DNA from: a virus
Taxonomy: Duplodnaviria > Caudoviricetes
Length of the DNA stretch: 64,000 nucleotides
IMG/VR virus record: IMGVR_UViG_2700989102_000001
Coordinates: 42,328-106,327 of that record
Strand: one strand, 5' to 3'
Below the pieces are notes generated by a model that worked only from the letters and a program-made list of their open reading frames with translations, ran no database searches and had not been told where the DNA came from. This document shows, piece by piece, positions 25,976 through 35,667 of the stretch; the stretch's first letter is position 1, and each line of letters starts with the position of its first letter. A program made the translations under genes and the position numbers.

Positions 25976-27444
25976 CTGACTTCAGCCCCATTGCGGCCCT
26001 CTGGGCTACCGACTGCTATAAGCTAGACCACCGTCGCCAGTATGAGCTGGCCGGCAAGGTCACCCGGGTCTACTCCAACCTCACCGCCCGCAAGAGCCGC
26101 ATCCCTGGCGTCGACAAGACCGTCCATTTCGGTCTGCAGGCCTACATCCAGAAGCATCTGATGGATGCCTTCGAGCCGTTCTTCGCCGCGGATGAAGACC
26201 TCGTGGCGGATCTGTACGAGAAGCGCTTGGAGCAGGTGCTGGGCCCGAATGATATCGGTTCGGATCACATCCGCGAACTCCATCGGCTGGGGTATCTGCC
26301 GCTGAAGTTCTGCGCAGTGCCGGAGGGCACGCTTGTCCCGATCCGGGTCCCCAGCTTCACGGTCGAGAACACGGACCCGAGGTTTTTCTGGCTGACGAAT
26401 TACATTGAAACCGGCTTGTCGGCCGGGTACTGGCAGGCCAGCACGTCCGCCACGATCGCCCACGAGTACCGCAAGGTTCTGGAGGCGGCGGCCATTCGCA
26501 CCGGGGCTCCGCTGGAGGCCGTGGATTGGCAGTGCCACGACTTCTCCTATCGGGGGATGTCTTCGCATGAGACCGCGGCGGCGTCCGGCGCGGCCCACCT
26601 GCTGTCGTTCAACGGCACCGACACCCTCGTGGCGATGGACTTCATCGACCGCTACTATGGCGGGCCATATATTGCCGGGTCAGTTGCCGCAACCGAGCAC
26701 TCAGTGATGTGTACCGGTATCGAGACCAACGGTGAGCTGGAGACCTTCTCCCGCCTACTGGACCTGTACCCCACGGGCATCGTCTCGGTGGTGTCGGACA
26801 CCTTCGACCTGTGGCGGGTGCTCACCGAGTACCTCCCGGCGCTGAGGGGCAAGATCCTCGCCCGCGACGGCAAGCTGGTCATCCGGCCGGATTCCGGCGA
26901 CCCGGAGAAGATCATCTGCGGCGACCCGAATGGCGAGACCCGAGCCGAACGATACGGCGTCATTACACTGCTGGCCAACGAGTTTGGCTACACCGTTAAC
27001 GACGCGGGCTACGCGGAGCTCAACCCCCACGTGGGTGCCATTTACGGCGACTCCATCACGGTGGAGCGGGCCCGCGCCATCACCGAGAACCTGGCGAGCA
27101 AGGGTTTCGCCTCGTCGAACATCGTCTTCGGCGTGGGCTCCTACACCTACCAGATGAACACCCGCGACACCCTCGGCTCCGCCATGAAGGCTACCTGGGC
27201 AGAGGTCAACGGCAAGGGCGTGAACCTTCTGAAAGACCCGGTCACCGACGACGGGACGAAGAAGAGCGCCACCGGCCGCCTGGCGGTACTGCCCACCGGC
27301 CCCGACGGGGAGTTGGAACTGCACGAGCAGGCGGGCGGCTACCAGGAGAAGCATTCGGTCCTGCAGCCGGTGTGGGTGGACGGCAAGTTCGTCGAGCGCC
27401 AGACCTTCGCCAATGTCCGCGAGACCTTGGCAGCGCAGCGATGA
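25972..27444 (+). CDS. Nampt-like protein (Namat of NARP1-type pathway)
   Basis: TDCYK, HDFSYRG, ATEHSVM, SVVSDT, IRPDSGDP, YGDSIT, KKSATG. Confidence 0.92.
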   Translation: MTDFSPIAALWATDCYKLDHRRQYELAGKVTRVYSNLTARKSRIPGVDKTVHFGLQAYIQKHLMDAFEPFFAADEDLVADLYEKRLEQVLGPNDIGSDHIRELHRLGYLPLKFCAVPEGTLVPIRVPSFTVENTDPRFFWLTNYIETGLSAGYWQASTSATIAHEYRKVLEAAAIRTGAPLEAVDWQCHDFSYRGMSSHETAAASGAAHLLSFNGTDTLVAMDFIDRYYGGPYIAGSVAATEHSVMCTGIETNGELETFSRLLDLYPTGIVSVVSDTFDLWRVLTEYLPALRGKILARDGKLVIRPDSGDPEKIICGDPNGETRAERYGVITLLANEFGYTVNDAGYAELNPHVGAIYGDSITVERARAITENLASKGFASSNIVFGVGSYTYQMNTRDTLGSAMKATWAEVNGKGVNLLKDPVTDDGTKKSATGRLAVLPTGPDGELELHEQAGGYQEKHSVLQPVWVDGKFVERQTFANVRETLAAQR

Positions 27445-27662
27445 AGTACGGGGACGCCATCGAAATCTGGGCCTCGCGGGCATCCGGCATCGACCGGGCG
27501 GCGATAACAGGCGTCGAGGTGGAAGCGGAGGGGGAGTGGCTGGGCCGCATTGTCCATAGCGTGAATGTTTTCTACTGCGACGGCAATGTGAAGCGCCGGT
27601 GGACCAAGGAGGTCGACTTCGGAACCCTGTTGAACGAGTTGCTCGAAATCTCGGAGGAGTAA
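27441..27662 (+). CDS. Hypothetical protein
   Basis: ATGA-coupled ORF. Confidence 0.6.
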   Translation: MKYGDAIEIWASRASGIDRAAITGVEVEAEGEWLGRIVHSVNVFYCDGNVKRRWTKEVDFGTLLNELLEISEE

Positions 27663-28220
27663 TTGGACGACAGCGATCACCGCTGCTATTCCGGAGAATA
27701 CTGCGTAGCCCTCACCCCCGATGGGGCGGCGCTCACCACCCGCATGGACACCCTGTGCCACGGATGCATCGCAAAATTGCAAGAGCAGTACGACGAACTC
27801 CGGGTTATCAGGAAAGTCTTGGAGATGTTCAAGGGCGGACTGTGGGGGCAATCCGGCGAGGCCAAAGTCTCGTCCTCGTCGGAGCCTTCGCCCCCGCTGA
27901 ATGTTCACGCATTGGACGTCATCAACGAGGTCGAAGAAGTTCTCGAAGATGTGGGCAACCTCCCCGTGGCCGATCTGGTGAGACATGAGGATGGTGTTTC
28001 CAGGTCGCTCCGCATCGGGACGGCGTGGCGGCAGTCCGATGGCATTATCGGCATATCCAGGGCGTGGAGCCGGCGCCTGGCCAAATGCCCGGAATGCGTT
28101 CAAAGAACCCTTGGAAGTTTCGCGGGGTCGGACACCATCGAGTGTTTGAACTGCAGCCACCGTCTTACCAGGGATGAGTATTCGATGCTTTGTTTCACCT
28201 CATTAAAGGAGGGCTCATGA
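27663..28220 (+). CDS. Zinc-finger hypothetical protein
   Basis: CHGC, CPEC, CLNC; GGAGGAG SD. Confidence 0.7.
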   Translation: MDDSDHRCYSGEYCVALTPDGAALTTRMDTLCHGCIAKLQEQYDELRVIRKVLEMFKGGLWGQSGEAKVSSSSEPSPPLNVHALDVINEVEEVLEDVGNLPVADLVRHEDGVSRSLRIGTAWRQSDGIIGISRAWSRRLAKCPECVQRTLGSFAGSDTIECLNCSHRLTRDEYSMLCFTSLKEGS

Positions 28221-28576
28221 GCGAGTTGGGCCAAAAGCTCATCCCCTTCAAATGCATCCAGGACCGCATAGTCGAACTCGCCAAAGAACAACCTTGGCGC
28301 AAGTCCATCGGTGCATACTTCATCTCCGGGCAGCCCGAATGCATCATCGGACACGTCTTGGCCGATATCGGGGTGGGCGCCGACGGCACCCGACTGGTCA
28401 ACAAAAATGGCGTCCCCACCTCATCGGTCAGCCACCTAGCTGACACATTCGACTGGAACGAGTTCGGCGTCCAAACCCCCACCAGACGTCAAATCGGATG
28501 GGTACAGGTGGTCCAGTCCCGCCAGGATTGCGGAGACGCCTGGGGGGAAGCCGTCAAGAGAGCGGGAAGGCAATGA
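28217..28576 (+). CDS. Hypothetical protein, paralog of 18201-18521
   Basis: MSELGQKLI...CIIGH...WGEAV. Confidence 0.7.
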   Translation: MSELGQKLIPFKCIQDRIVELAKEQPWRKSIGAYFISGQPECIIGHVLADIGVGADGTRLVNKNGVPTSSVSHLADTFDWNEFGVQTPTRRQIGWVQVVQSRQDCGDAWGEAVKRAGRQ

Positions 28577-28662
28577 AGAAACTCTACCGCCGCGTGTCGG
28601 CATACCTGTTCTACCTCTATTGGCGCCTCACCGGCCGCTAACCCAACAACCAAAGGAAACAC

Positions 28663-29343
28663 ATGAGCCTCAGTAAACCTCATAGCAGCAATTCTCCCGT
28701 AAAGCGCTGGTTTAAGCTTAAGGGAACGAACGGCGGGGGCATCACGTATTGGGATAAGTCCGCAGAGGCGGAGCGCGCCGTCGGCACCCCGTTCCACTTC
28801 GTAGTACTGGATAGTCTGAATTCCATCACCGGATTCCACAAGCCCAGCAACACCGGTATCCGCAGCAATGAGATCCGCGACACCCGGACGGAGCCCCTGG
28901 TGGTTCGCGCGGGCGCCACCGTACTCGCCGAAGGCCTCTACAACGACATCAAAGATGTGATGAAGGGCAAGGGGGGCAAGTTTGCCAACAGCCTGTACGT
29001 CGCCTTCAAAGACGGCGACGAGCTGGTGATCGGCAACCTTCTCTTGTCGGGCGCGGCCCTCTCCGAATTCTTCGACTTCAAGAAGGGGAAAAGCCTCGAC
29101 AAGGAGCCGGGTGTAGCCATCACCGGCTTCGACGGCCCCCGCATGGCGGGCACGAACGAATACTGGGTGCCGGTCTTCGGCTCCTGGACCCCCCAAGACC
29201 TGAGCGCGGCCATCGCCCTGGATGAAACGCTCCAGGCGTATCTGGATGGCACAGGCCAGGCGGAGGAGCCCACGGCGTCGGAGCCGTCATTCGGCGGGGG
29301 CGGCGCATCAAGCGACTGGGACGATTCCGAGCCCCCGTTTTGA
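28663..29343 (+). CDS. Putative ssDNA-binding protein
   Basis: Gly-rich linker and acidic tail DWDDSEPPF; next to prim-pol. Confidence 0.6.
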   Translation: MSLSKPHSSNSPVKRWFKLKGTNGGGITYWDKSAEAERAVGTPFHFVVLDSLNSITGFHKPSNTGIRSNEIRDTRTEPLVVRAGATVLAEGLYNDIKDVMKGKGGKFANSLYVAFKDGDELVIGNLLLSGAALSEFFDFKKGKSLDKEPGVAITGFDGPRMAGTNEYWVPVFGSWTPQDLSAAIALDETLQAYLDGTGQAEEPTASEPSFGGGGASSDWDDSEPPF

Positions 29344-29363
29344 CCAATCCTTAAGGAGTTCTC

Positions 29364-30083
29364 TTGCTCGCCTTCTCTCGCTGCGAAGAATGCCAAACCG
29401 GCATGCGAGTTTTGTACGTCGGCCAGCAGACCCACCCCGGCTGCAAAAAGACCGAGGAAGAGCGGAAGCTCCAAGAGTTCGTCGAGGCGGTCCAGCGGGG
29501 CGACGAGAAGGCGGCCGACAAGCTGGAGGCCGCCATCAACAAACCGAAACCCGCGAAGCTGGGCCCCTCGGCACTCTGGTACGCGAAATCCGGTTGGCCC
29601 GTATTCCCCCTGGCGGTGGGCGACAAGCTCCCCGCCATCCCATCAGCACACCCCAAGGGAGATCCTCTCCGAGGGGTGTGCAAGGGGGAGTGCGGGAAAC
29701 TCGGCCACGGGCTCTACGACGCCACTACCGATCCTAAGCAGATCAAGGCGTGGTGGAGCGAGGCCGAATACAACATCGGCATCCCCACCGGTCACGCATT
29801 CGATGTGATCGATATCGACGGGGCCAAGGGCTACCAATCCCTTCTGGAATTGGGCGATGACGTCTTCCCGCCGATCCACGGCAAGGTCAGCACTGTCCGC
29901 GAGGATAGCGGGGAGCACTGGTATGTCCTCCCCACGGGGGACGGAAACCGCGCCGGCGTCCGCCCCGGCATTGATTACCGGGGAATTTCTGGGTATGTCT
30001 GCGCTCCGCCATCAAGGGTGAACGGGCGGCAATACACCTGGATCATAAAGCCTTCCCCAGAGATCCTCAAGGGTGCGTCATGA
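29364..30083 (+). CDS. Bifunctional DNA primase/polymerase N-terminal domain
   Basis: GWPVFPL, HG.YDATTD, NIGIPTG, DVIDID, H.Y, GIDYRG..GYV.APPS. Confidence 0.9.
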   Translation: MLAFSRCEECQTGMRVLYVGQQTHPGCKKTEEERKLQEFVEAVQRGDEKAADKLEAAINKPKPAKLGPSALWYAKSGWPVFPLAVGDKLPAIPSAHPKGDPLRGVCKGECGKLGHGLYDATTDPKQIKAWWSEAEYNIGIPTGHAFDVIDIDGAKGYQSLLELGDDVFPPIHGKVSTVREDSGEHWYVLPTGDGNRAGVRPGIDYRGISGYVCAPPSRVNGRQYTWIIKPSPEILKGAS

Positions 30084-30328
30084 AGTTTCGCTTTAGGCAA
30101 TGGTGGCTAGGTTTGCCCTGGCCACTTTGGACCCTGGGTGCGTGCAAACCCTTTTCGCCCTGGTGCTTTATCGAGGAGATCTTGTCGGCCGCCTTCCCAC
30201 TTACCTTCGGGTGGTGCGACCCCGAGAAGGGATTGTGGCACGAGACCTTCATGAGCGAGTGGATACACGAGAAGCATAACGCCGCCATTGAGAAGTATTA
30301 CGACAAGAGGGATCGTGCTCGACGTTAA
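30080..30328 (+). CDS. Hypothetical protein
   Basis: Coupled ORF. Confidence 0.5.
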   Translation: MKFRFRQWWLGLPWPLWTLGACKPFSPWCFIEEILSAAFPLTFGWCDPEKGLWHETFMSEWIHEKHNAAIEKYYDKRDRARR

Positions 30329-30702
30329 AGAAATGACGCCGGACGAGTTGTTTGCGCATCTGGGCGTTCCAGATATGCCCGACGAGGACCGTGTCGACCT
30401 ACTCGCTCACATGCACGCTTGGTCCCGAACGGTGCTGCCGGGCCCCAATCAATGGTGGCTCAAGGCGCTCTTCCTCGCTGCTGCCTGGAGAAGGGCGAAC
30501 GGATGACCGTTGAGGATATTGACGAAGACCTGGGTGTATTCGTCGGCTCAGAAATCCTCGACTACGACGAGGAAAACGACGTCATCTACTACGCCATTTA
30601 CTATAAGGATCGGGAAATGAAGTGATGATTGAAACAACCCTGCCGCCACTGACCCCTTCCCCGTGGCAATCCTGGACCGATGAGCACTGAAGGAGAAATC
30701 GG

Positions 30703-31041
30703 ATGGCAGTAGAAGTTCTAACTAAAGACCACGGGAAGATCCTGCACAAAGAGGCGGCGACCGCCAAGTGGGATGAGCTCGGGTTCCTGTCGCTGTTCAG
30801 CGATGAGACTGACGCGAGCTCCGGGATCGCGGGCTACGCCGCGGGTACCTGGGTGTCGGCGGTGAAGGTCGAGCTGACGGAAGAGGCCGGTAAGGCGAAG
30901 CCTCGGGTGTGGCATCGCTGGGCAGACGTCCCGTCCAACACCAGGGTGGAGGACCGCATCGGGCGTGCATGGGTCAGGTGGGACAGCGACGAGCTACCCC
31001 ACCGTGATCACGAGGGCCCCTTCACCGAGGTGATCGCATGA
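30703..31041 (+). CDS. Hypothetical protein
   Basis: AAGGAG SD; C-terminal GPFTEV motif. Confidence 0.7.
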   Translation: MAVEVLTKDHGKILHKEAATAKWDELGFLSLFSDETDASSGIAGYAAGTWVSAVKVELTEEAGKAKPRVWHRWADVPSNTRVEDRIGRAWVRWDSDELPHRDHEGPFTEVIA

Positions 31042-31349
31042 CCGAATCCATCCTCGACGGGGCAATGACCGCCGAAGAGATCCTCCGCGAACTCGCCAAG
31101 CCTCTACCCGATGCTCGGATGCAAGCCTATTACTACGGCTTCGAGGCGACGGGGCTGGCGGTGATCGACCGCATTCTTTCGGCGGTGGCCACCGCAGGGA
31201 AGCGATATCACCACACGGAATCGTGGAGCGACCCGTGGGGCGACGTGATGACCGAAGAGGATCGAATTCAGATGGCAGCCGAGGAATCTGCCGAACAGAT
31301 CCGCAAACTCCTCGCCGTGGCGGAGTCACTTCTCGTGGGGGAGGAATGA
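31038..31349 (+). CDS. Hypothetical protein
   Basis: AYYYGFEATG...IDRILSAVA.AGK.YHHT. Confidence 0.7.
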   Translation: MTESILDGAMTAEEILRELAKPLPDARMQAYYYGFEATGLAVIDRILSAVATAGKRYHHTESWSDPWGDVMTEEDRIQMAAEESAEQIRKLLAVAESLLVGEE

Positions 31350-31699
31350 CCCACCGGGGTCTTGAGCGGGCCGAGGAGCGCCGCGTCCAGATCGCCAAGC
31401 TTATCCGACAGGGCCTGACCAACAAAGAGGTTGCTCAGATCGTCGGCGTCACCGACCGCACAGTCAACCGCGCCAGGGAGCGGAAAGGCCTGAAGAAACC
31501 CCAGCCTCCGCGGATCAGCGAGGAGACACTGTCGGCCGGCTATCAGATGCTCCTGGATGGGTGCTCGTACGCGGAGGTTGCCCGGACCTTGGGGCACTCG
31601 CGGGATGCCTGGCGGAGAAAGCTGCCGGGCTTTGCCTGGTCGCATGTCGAGTGCGGTCGCTTTCGCAAGCTGCAGGAAAGATACGAGGGACTGCTATGA
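31346..31699 (+). CDS. Double-HTH DNA-binding protein
   Basis: GLTNKEVAQIVGVTDRTVNR; DGCSYAEVARTLG. Confidence 0.85.
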   Translation: MTHRGLERAEERRVQIAKLIRQGLTNKEVAQIVGVTDRTVNRARERKGLKKPQPPRISEETLSAGYQMLLDGCSYAEVARTLGHSRDAWRRKLPGFAWSHVECGRFRKLQERYEGLL

Positions 31700-31974
31700 G
31701 CGATCCAGTTGTTGAGGCAGTCCTCCGGGCCATTCCCCCGCTATGCGATGGGCATCAGCCGACGGCATTGATGGCGGCGGCGGCCCGGGAGGTCCTGAAG
31801 CCCATTCGGGAGTTGGTCGAGAAGCTGCGGCTGGCCGCCGAGGGTCGCCAGCCCTTTACCAACCCTTCTCCGACCGACTTGGCCTACGACGTGGGGCACG
31901 CTTTTGACGACGGAGCGCTGTGCCTACTGGCGCTGCTAGACCCGCTTATCTACTCATCCGAGGAGCTGCAATGA
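31696..31974 (+). CDS. Hypothetical protein
   Basis: MSDPVVEA...AAAREVLKPIREL...PLIYSSEEL. Confidence 0.7.
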   Translation: MSDPVVEAVLRAIPPLCDGHQPTALMAAAAREVLKPIRELVEKLRLAAEGRQPFTNPSPTDLAYDVGHAFDDGALCLLALLDPLIYSSEELQ

Positions 31975-32246
31975 CATTCGGCTGCGCTCGTTGCGACGCT
32001 CGATGGGGCGGGGTCCGCACCGCCCATTGCGGCAGCTGCCATGAGACCTTCTCGGGACTGTCCGCCTTCGAAATCCATCGCGCAGGCTCTCACTCCAAAG
32101 GGCGTTATTGCCTAGACCCCTCTACGGTAACCAACGAGAATTCCGATTCCGCTGATTACGGCGAGAGGCTGTTTAAGAGGTCGGCGCGCGACTACCCCTG
32201 CTGGTCCCTGGCGGGGGATATGCCAGAATTCTGGAGCAAGGCGTGA
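31971..32246 (+). CDS. Zinc-binding (FDXHR-like) protein
   Basis: CARC...HCGSCHETF....AFEIHR. Confidence 0.7.
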   Translation: MTFGCARCDARWGGVRTAHCGSCHETFSGLSAFEIHRAGSHSKGRYCLDPSTVTNENSDSADYGERLFKRSARDYPCWSLAGDMPEFWSKA

Positions 32247-32413
32247 GCCTATTTCGATATGGGCCCCTGGTTCCATTTTTCGCTTGGCGCCCGGTGAACA
32301 CCCGGGATGCGGGTTGGGTGTGGTTGCGTCGGGTCTCCCGGCGGCGGGCCTACATGGACCCGCTGCTCAGCGGTCCAACCTGCGGACCCTGGTGGATCTA
32401 TTACCGCTATTAG
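32243..32413 (+). CDS. Small Trp-rich protein
   Basis: FAWRPV.T...GWVWLRRV. Confidence 0.6.
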   Translation: MSLFRYGPLVPFFAWRPVNTRDAGWVWLRRVSRRRAYMDPLLSGPTCGPWWIYYRY

Positions 32414-32440
32414 CTTTGCTCGACTCAGGAGGGTTTCAAA

Positions 32441-33859
32441 ATAGACGGATTCCTTTCCCGGATCGAGCCAAAGAAGGAAGCTCCTCCACGCCCGATCGGG
32501 CCGCTAGTCCCACCCAGTGATGCCTATACTGCCGCGGCCTTCAAGGGGGAGATCGACAACCTCCTCAATGCGGTGGAGGGCACAAGAAACTCCACCCTAT
32601 TCCAGGCCTCCGCAAACTTGTCTGAGTTTGTCAACGCGGGAACCTTGAATGAAAATGTTGCCCGGGATGCACTGATGGATGCGGCCCGCCAGATCGGGCT
32701 CATGGATCACGAAATAGAAGCCACCATCGACTCCGGCTTCAATAAAACGGTGGGCAAGGCGCGGGCCGTGCCGGAGCGGAAGCTCTCGCTGGTGCGGGAG
32801 GGGGGCGAGGGCGCCGAAAGCCCCGCGGCGGCCCCCGCTCAGTCGGCCGATAGCGACAACCCGTGGGGGGACTTCCCGCCCATCGACGGCGCGGAATGGA
32901 TGTTCAATTCCGACACCCGCGCCAGGCCCATCTGGGGTACAGAGTCGGAGTGTCTCTGGGCGTCGGGGGAGAGCTTGATGCTTGCCGCCCCGCCTGGCCT
33001 GGGCAAGTCGACACTCGCCGGCCGCTTGGTCCGAGCTCAGCTCGGACTCCAGGACGAAGTCTTAGGCCTTCCGGTGGTCGCATCAGATGAGCCGATCCTG
33101 TACTTGGCGGCCGACCGCCCCAAGCAGCTTCAGCGCTCCATGTTGAGGCAGTTCAGCGAGGATGAGATTCCCCTGATTGCGGGGAGGCTCTTCATCCGTC
33201 CGGGGCCGCCGATCAACAACATCGCCTCTGAGCCGGGTCTTCTTTTGCGCATGGCTCAGGCCGTGGGCGCGGGAACGGTTTACATCGACTCCGTCAAGGA
33301 CTTTGCCATCGGCTTGTCCAGCGACGAGGTCGGCGCACTCTACAACCAGGCGCGCCAGTGGCTGGTGAGCGCGGGGGTTGAGGTATGTGAGCTGCACCAC
33401 ATGAAGAAAGTGAATGCCGATAGCACCGGCGGCGTTGCCGATGTTTACGGCTCCACCTGGCTCACTAGCGGCACGGGATCGGTAATCGTTCTGTCGGGCG
33501 AGCCGGGGGATCTTGCGATCAGATTCCGGCACGTACGTCAGCCTGCCGACGAGGTGGGCCCCTTCCACCTGCTCCTCAATCCTGATACGGGCGATTTTTC
33601 GGTGCGTAGATGCGACCTATTGGTCTCGGCGAAGAATGCCGGGCCCAGTGGGTTATCCGCCGAGCAGGCTGCGATGGACCTCTACGAAACTCGGAAGCCC
33701 CGCCCCGCGCAGAAGGCGGCGGCCGAGCGCCAGTTGGACAAGATGGTGACAAAGGGATTGCTAGTCAAGATGGATTCCCCTCATGGCGGACCTATTTGGT
33801 ACCCGGCCGAGAGGCGATTTGATGAGCAGCCCCCGGCAAGAGCGAACGGAATGTTTTAG
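32441..33859 (+). CDS. PriCT-like domain fused to AAA/RepA-type SF4-like helicase; probable ATA start (GTG alternative at 32573)
   Basis: EGTRNSTLF...EIEATIDSG; Walker A APPGLGKS; YIDS; LHHMKK; YGSTWL. Confidence 0.85.
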   Translation: MDGFLSRIEPKKEAPPRPIGPLVPPSDAYTAAAFKGEIDNLLNAVEGTRNSTLFQASANLSEFVNAGTLNENVARDALMDAARQIGLMDHEIEATIDSGFNKTVGKARAVPERKLSLVREGGEGAESPAAAPAQSADSDNPWGDFPPIDGAEWMFNSDTRARPIWGTESECLWASGESLMLAAPPGLGKSTLAGRLVRAQLGLQDEVLGLPVVASDEPILYLAADRPKQLQRSMLRQFSEDEIPLIAGRLFIRPGPPINNIASEPGLLLRMAQAVGAGTVYIDSVKDFAIGLSSDEVGALYNQARQWLVSAGVEVCELHHMKKVNADSTGGVADVYGSTWLTSGTGSVIVLSGEPGDLAIRFRHVRQPADEVGPFHLLLNPDTGDFSVRRCDLLVSAKNAGPSGLSAEQAAMDLYETRKPRPAQKAAAERQLDKMVTKGLLVKMDSPHGGPIWYPAERRFDEQPPARANGMF

Positions 33860-34461
33860 TGGAATTCGATGCCGAACTGTGGCGCGACATACCCGGCTAT
33901 GAAGGTCTCTATCAGGCCAGCGACCAGGGGCGCATCCGATCTGTCGACAGGGTTATCAAGCAAGTCTCGCTGCATGGCGGCTTCATCGATCGCCGGATGC
34001 CGGGCAGGGTGCTCACCCCTTGGCCCCACTCGGCGGATGGGCGCCCATGGGTGTCGCTCAGTCGCGACGGTAAGGTCAAGAAGCTGGGCGTCCACGTGCT
34101 CGTGACCCGCACTTTCTGGGGTTCGGCGCCACCCGATAAGCCCATGGCCCTCCATCGCAATGGCGATCCGTTCGACAACCGTCCCGGGAACCTTTACTGG
34201 GGCGACAATGCCGACAATATGAACGACGCGGTTCGGCACGGTACTCACGTGGCTGCGCGGCGCACCAGGTGTCCATATGGCCATGCGCTAGTCGATCCAA
34301 ATATCAAGTGGACTAGGGATAGGCGCGGTCGAGAATGTAAGGCCTGTCGCAATGCGAATGAGTGGGCGCGGACTCGGCGCAGGAGGGGGCTTTCCCCGGT
34401 TGAGTCGGAAAAGCGCGCCTACGCCGATAAGCGATACGCCAAGATCATGGCGGAGGAATAA
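33859..34461 (+). CDS. NUMOD4-HNH homing endonuclease
   Basis: ELWRDIPGYEGLYQASDQGRIRS; HRNGDPFDN...NLYWG. Confidence 0.9.
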   Translation: MEFDAELWRDIPGYEGLYQASDQGRIRSVDRVIKQVSLHGGFIDRRMPGRVLTPWPHSADGRPWVSLSRDGKVKKLGVHVLVTRTFWGSAPPDKPMALHRNGDPFDNRPGNLYWGDNADNMNDAVRHGTHVAARRTRCPYGHALVDPNIKWTRDRRGRECKACRNANEWARTRRRRGLSPVESEKRAYADKRYAKIMAEE

Positions 34462-35093
34462 TGGAGTCATGCTGGCATTGCGATAGGGATGTGCATGAAG
34501 CCCCGCTAACCGAGCGGGTGGCCAGAATGTACGACAAGCATTCCTTCGATCTGGAGTATTCGGCCGATGAAGATGATTCCGAGATCGTCTGCATAGGGTC
34601 GTATACGGAGGGGCCGCGGCGGGCACCACGAACATGGGGGGCTGGCATTGAGCCCTGGAAACTCTATATCTATGTAAACGGCGCAAAGCAGGGGGGCGCA
34701 ATCCCCCTTAGTGCTCCGGGGCCCAACTGGTACCCTATGGGCACCATCGCCGATGGGCCGGAGTTCACGTACGGCAAGGGATTCGGCTTCGCCCCCTTCG
34801 CCCCCTGGCAGGGGACCTTGGCGACCAAGGTTCTATCCTCCTGGGTCATCCACGACGAGGCCTATAAGCCTATCGAGTGCAACCTTCCCGAGGATATCCC
34901 GGAGATCAAATTCGGCCCGGAGAACTGGGTAGCGAAGGATTACATAGGCGCGGGTGCTTGGTGGGCCGCGCGCCAAATCCTCCCCAATGCGGGCTGGCAG
35001 GATATCCCACTGCCCGATATGCCCAAATCCGATTACAAAGCGCTCGGCGAAGAGCTGAGCGAAAAACTCAACCCGAAGTGGAGCAAGGTATGA
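34461..35093 (+). CDS. Hypothetical protein
   Basis: TAATG-coupled ORF with SD. Confidence 0.65.
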   Translation: MESCWHCDRDVHEAPLTERVARMYDKHSFDLEYSADEDDSEIVCIGSYTEGPRRAPRTWGAGIEPWKLYIYVNGAKQGGAIPLSAPGPNWYPMGTIADGPEFTYGKGFGFAPFAPWQGTLATKVLSSWVIHDEAYKPIECNLPEDIPEIKFGPENWVAKDYIGAGAWWAARQILPNAGWQDIPLPDMPKSDYKALGEELSEKLNPKWSKV

Positions 35094-35413
35094 AGACATC
35101 CGAATTCGTTTCTCAGGCGAGGGATGAGATTTACCAAGGGTGGACCCAGGACAGCTACCGCAACGACCAGGGTGTGTGCGTTCTCGGCGCCCTGGACCGC
35201 GTAGCCCTGCACAACCTTCACCAGGGCCCGGAGGAGACGGTGAAGGCCCGCGCCAAGGCCCAGAAGGAAATCGAGAAGATGGCCGAGGAGCTTTTCCCCG
35301 ATGTTTGGAATGGCAGCATCCCGGCGCTCAACGACAGCTCCAGCACCACCAAGGACGACGTCCTAAATCTCTTGGACAAAACGACTATCGGGCTGGAAGA
35401 GCGCGGGGAGTGA
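35090..35413 (+). CDS. Hypothetical protein
   Basis: GWTQ...CVLGAL...ND pattern. Confidence 0.65.
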   Translation: MKTSEFVSQARDEIYQGWTQDSYRNDQGVCVLGALDRVALHNLHQGPEETVKARAKAQKEIEKMAEELFPDVWNGSIPALNDSSSTTKDDVLNLLDKTTIGLEERGE

Positions 35414-35667
35414 TCCCCCATATCGGTAGTAGACGGTGGATCGCCTGGAAACTGGTCCAGCTGGCCGCGCGGATCTACGACGCCGAATACTACGAGCGCA
35501 TTCACGTTACCGACGCTCTGGGGCGCGAGATATTCGAGGCGGTCATTGTCGGCGATTCGTACGGTTGTGGCATCTCCAGCGCGACCGCTCCTGCCGGGCG
35601 GAGCGCGCGTCTGCCAGACGGTTCCACCATCCATTGGGATGACGACTACAAACCGGATTGGCTATGA
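35410..35667 (+). CDS. Hypothetical protein, paralog of 46527-46760
   Basis: RRWIA..L..LA.RI...E..ERI. Confidence 0.6.
   Translation: MIPHIGSRRWIAWKLVQLAARIYDAEYYERIHVTDALGREIFEAVIVGDSYGCGISSATAPAGRSARLPDGSTIHWDDDYKPDWL

Noticed and set aside
26023-28160. Long antisense ORFs opposite the Nampt-like gene and neighbours
   Set aside because: Typical antisense frames of high-GC3 genes, with no motifs or SD
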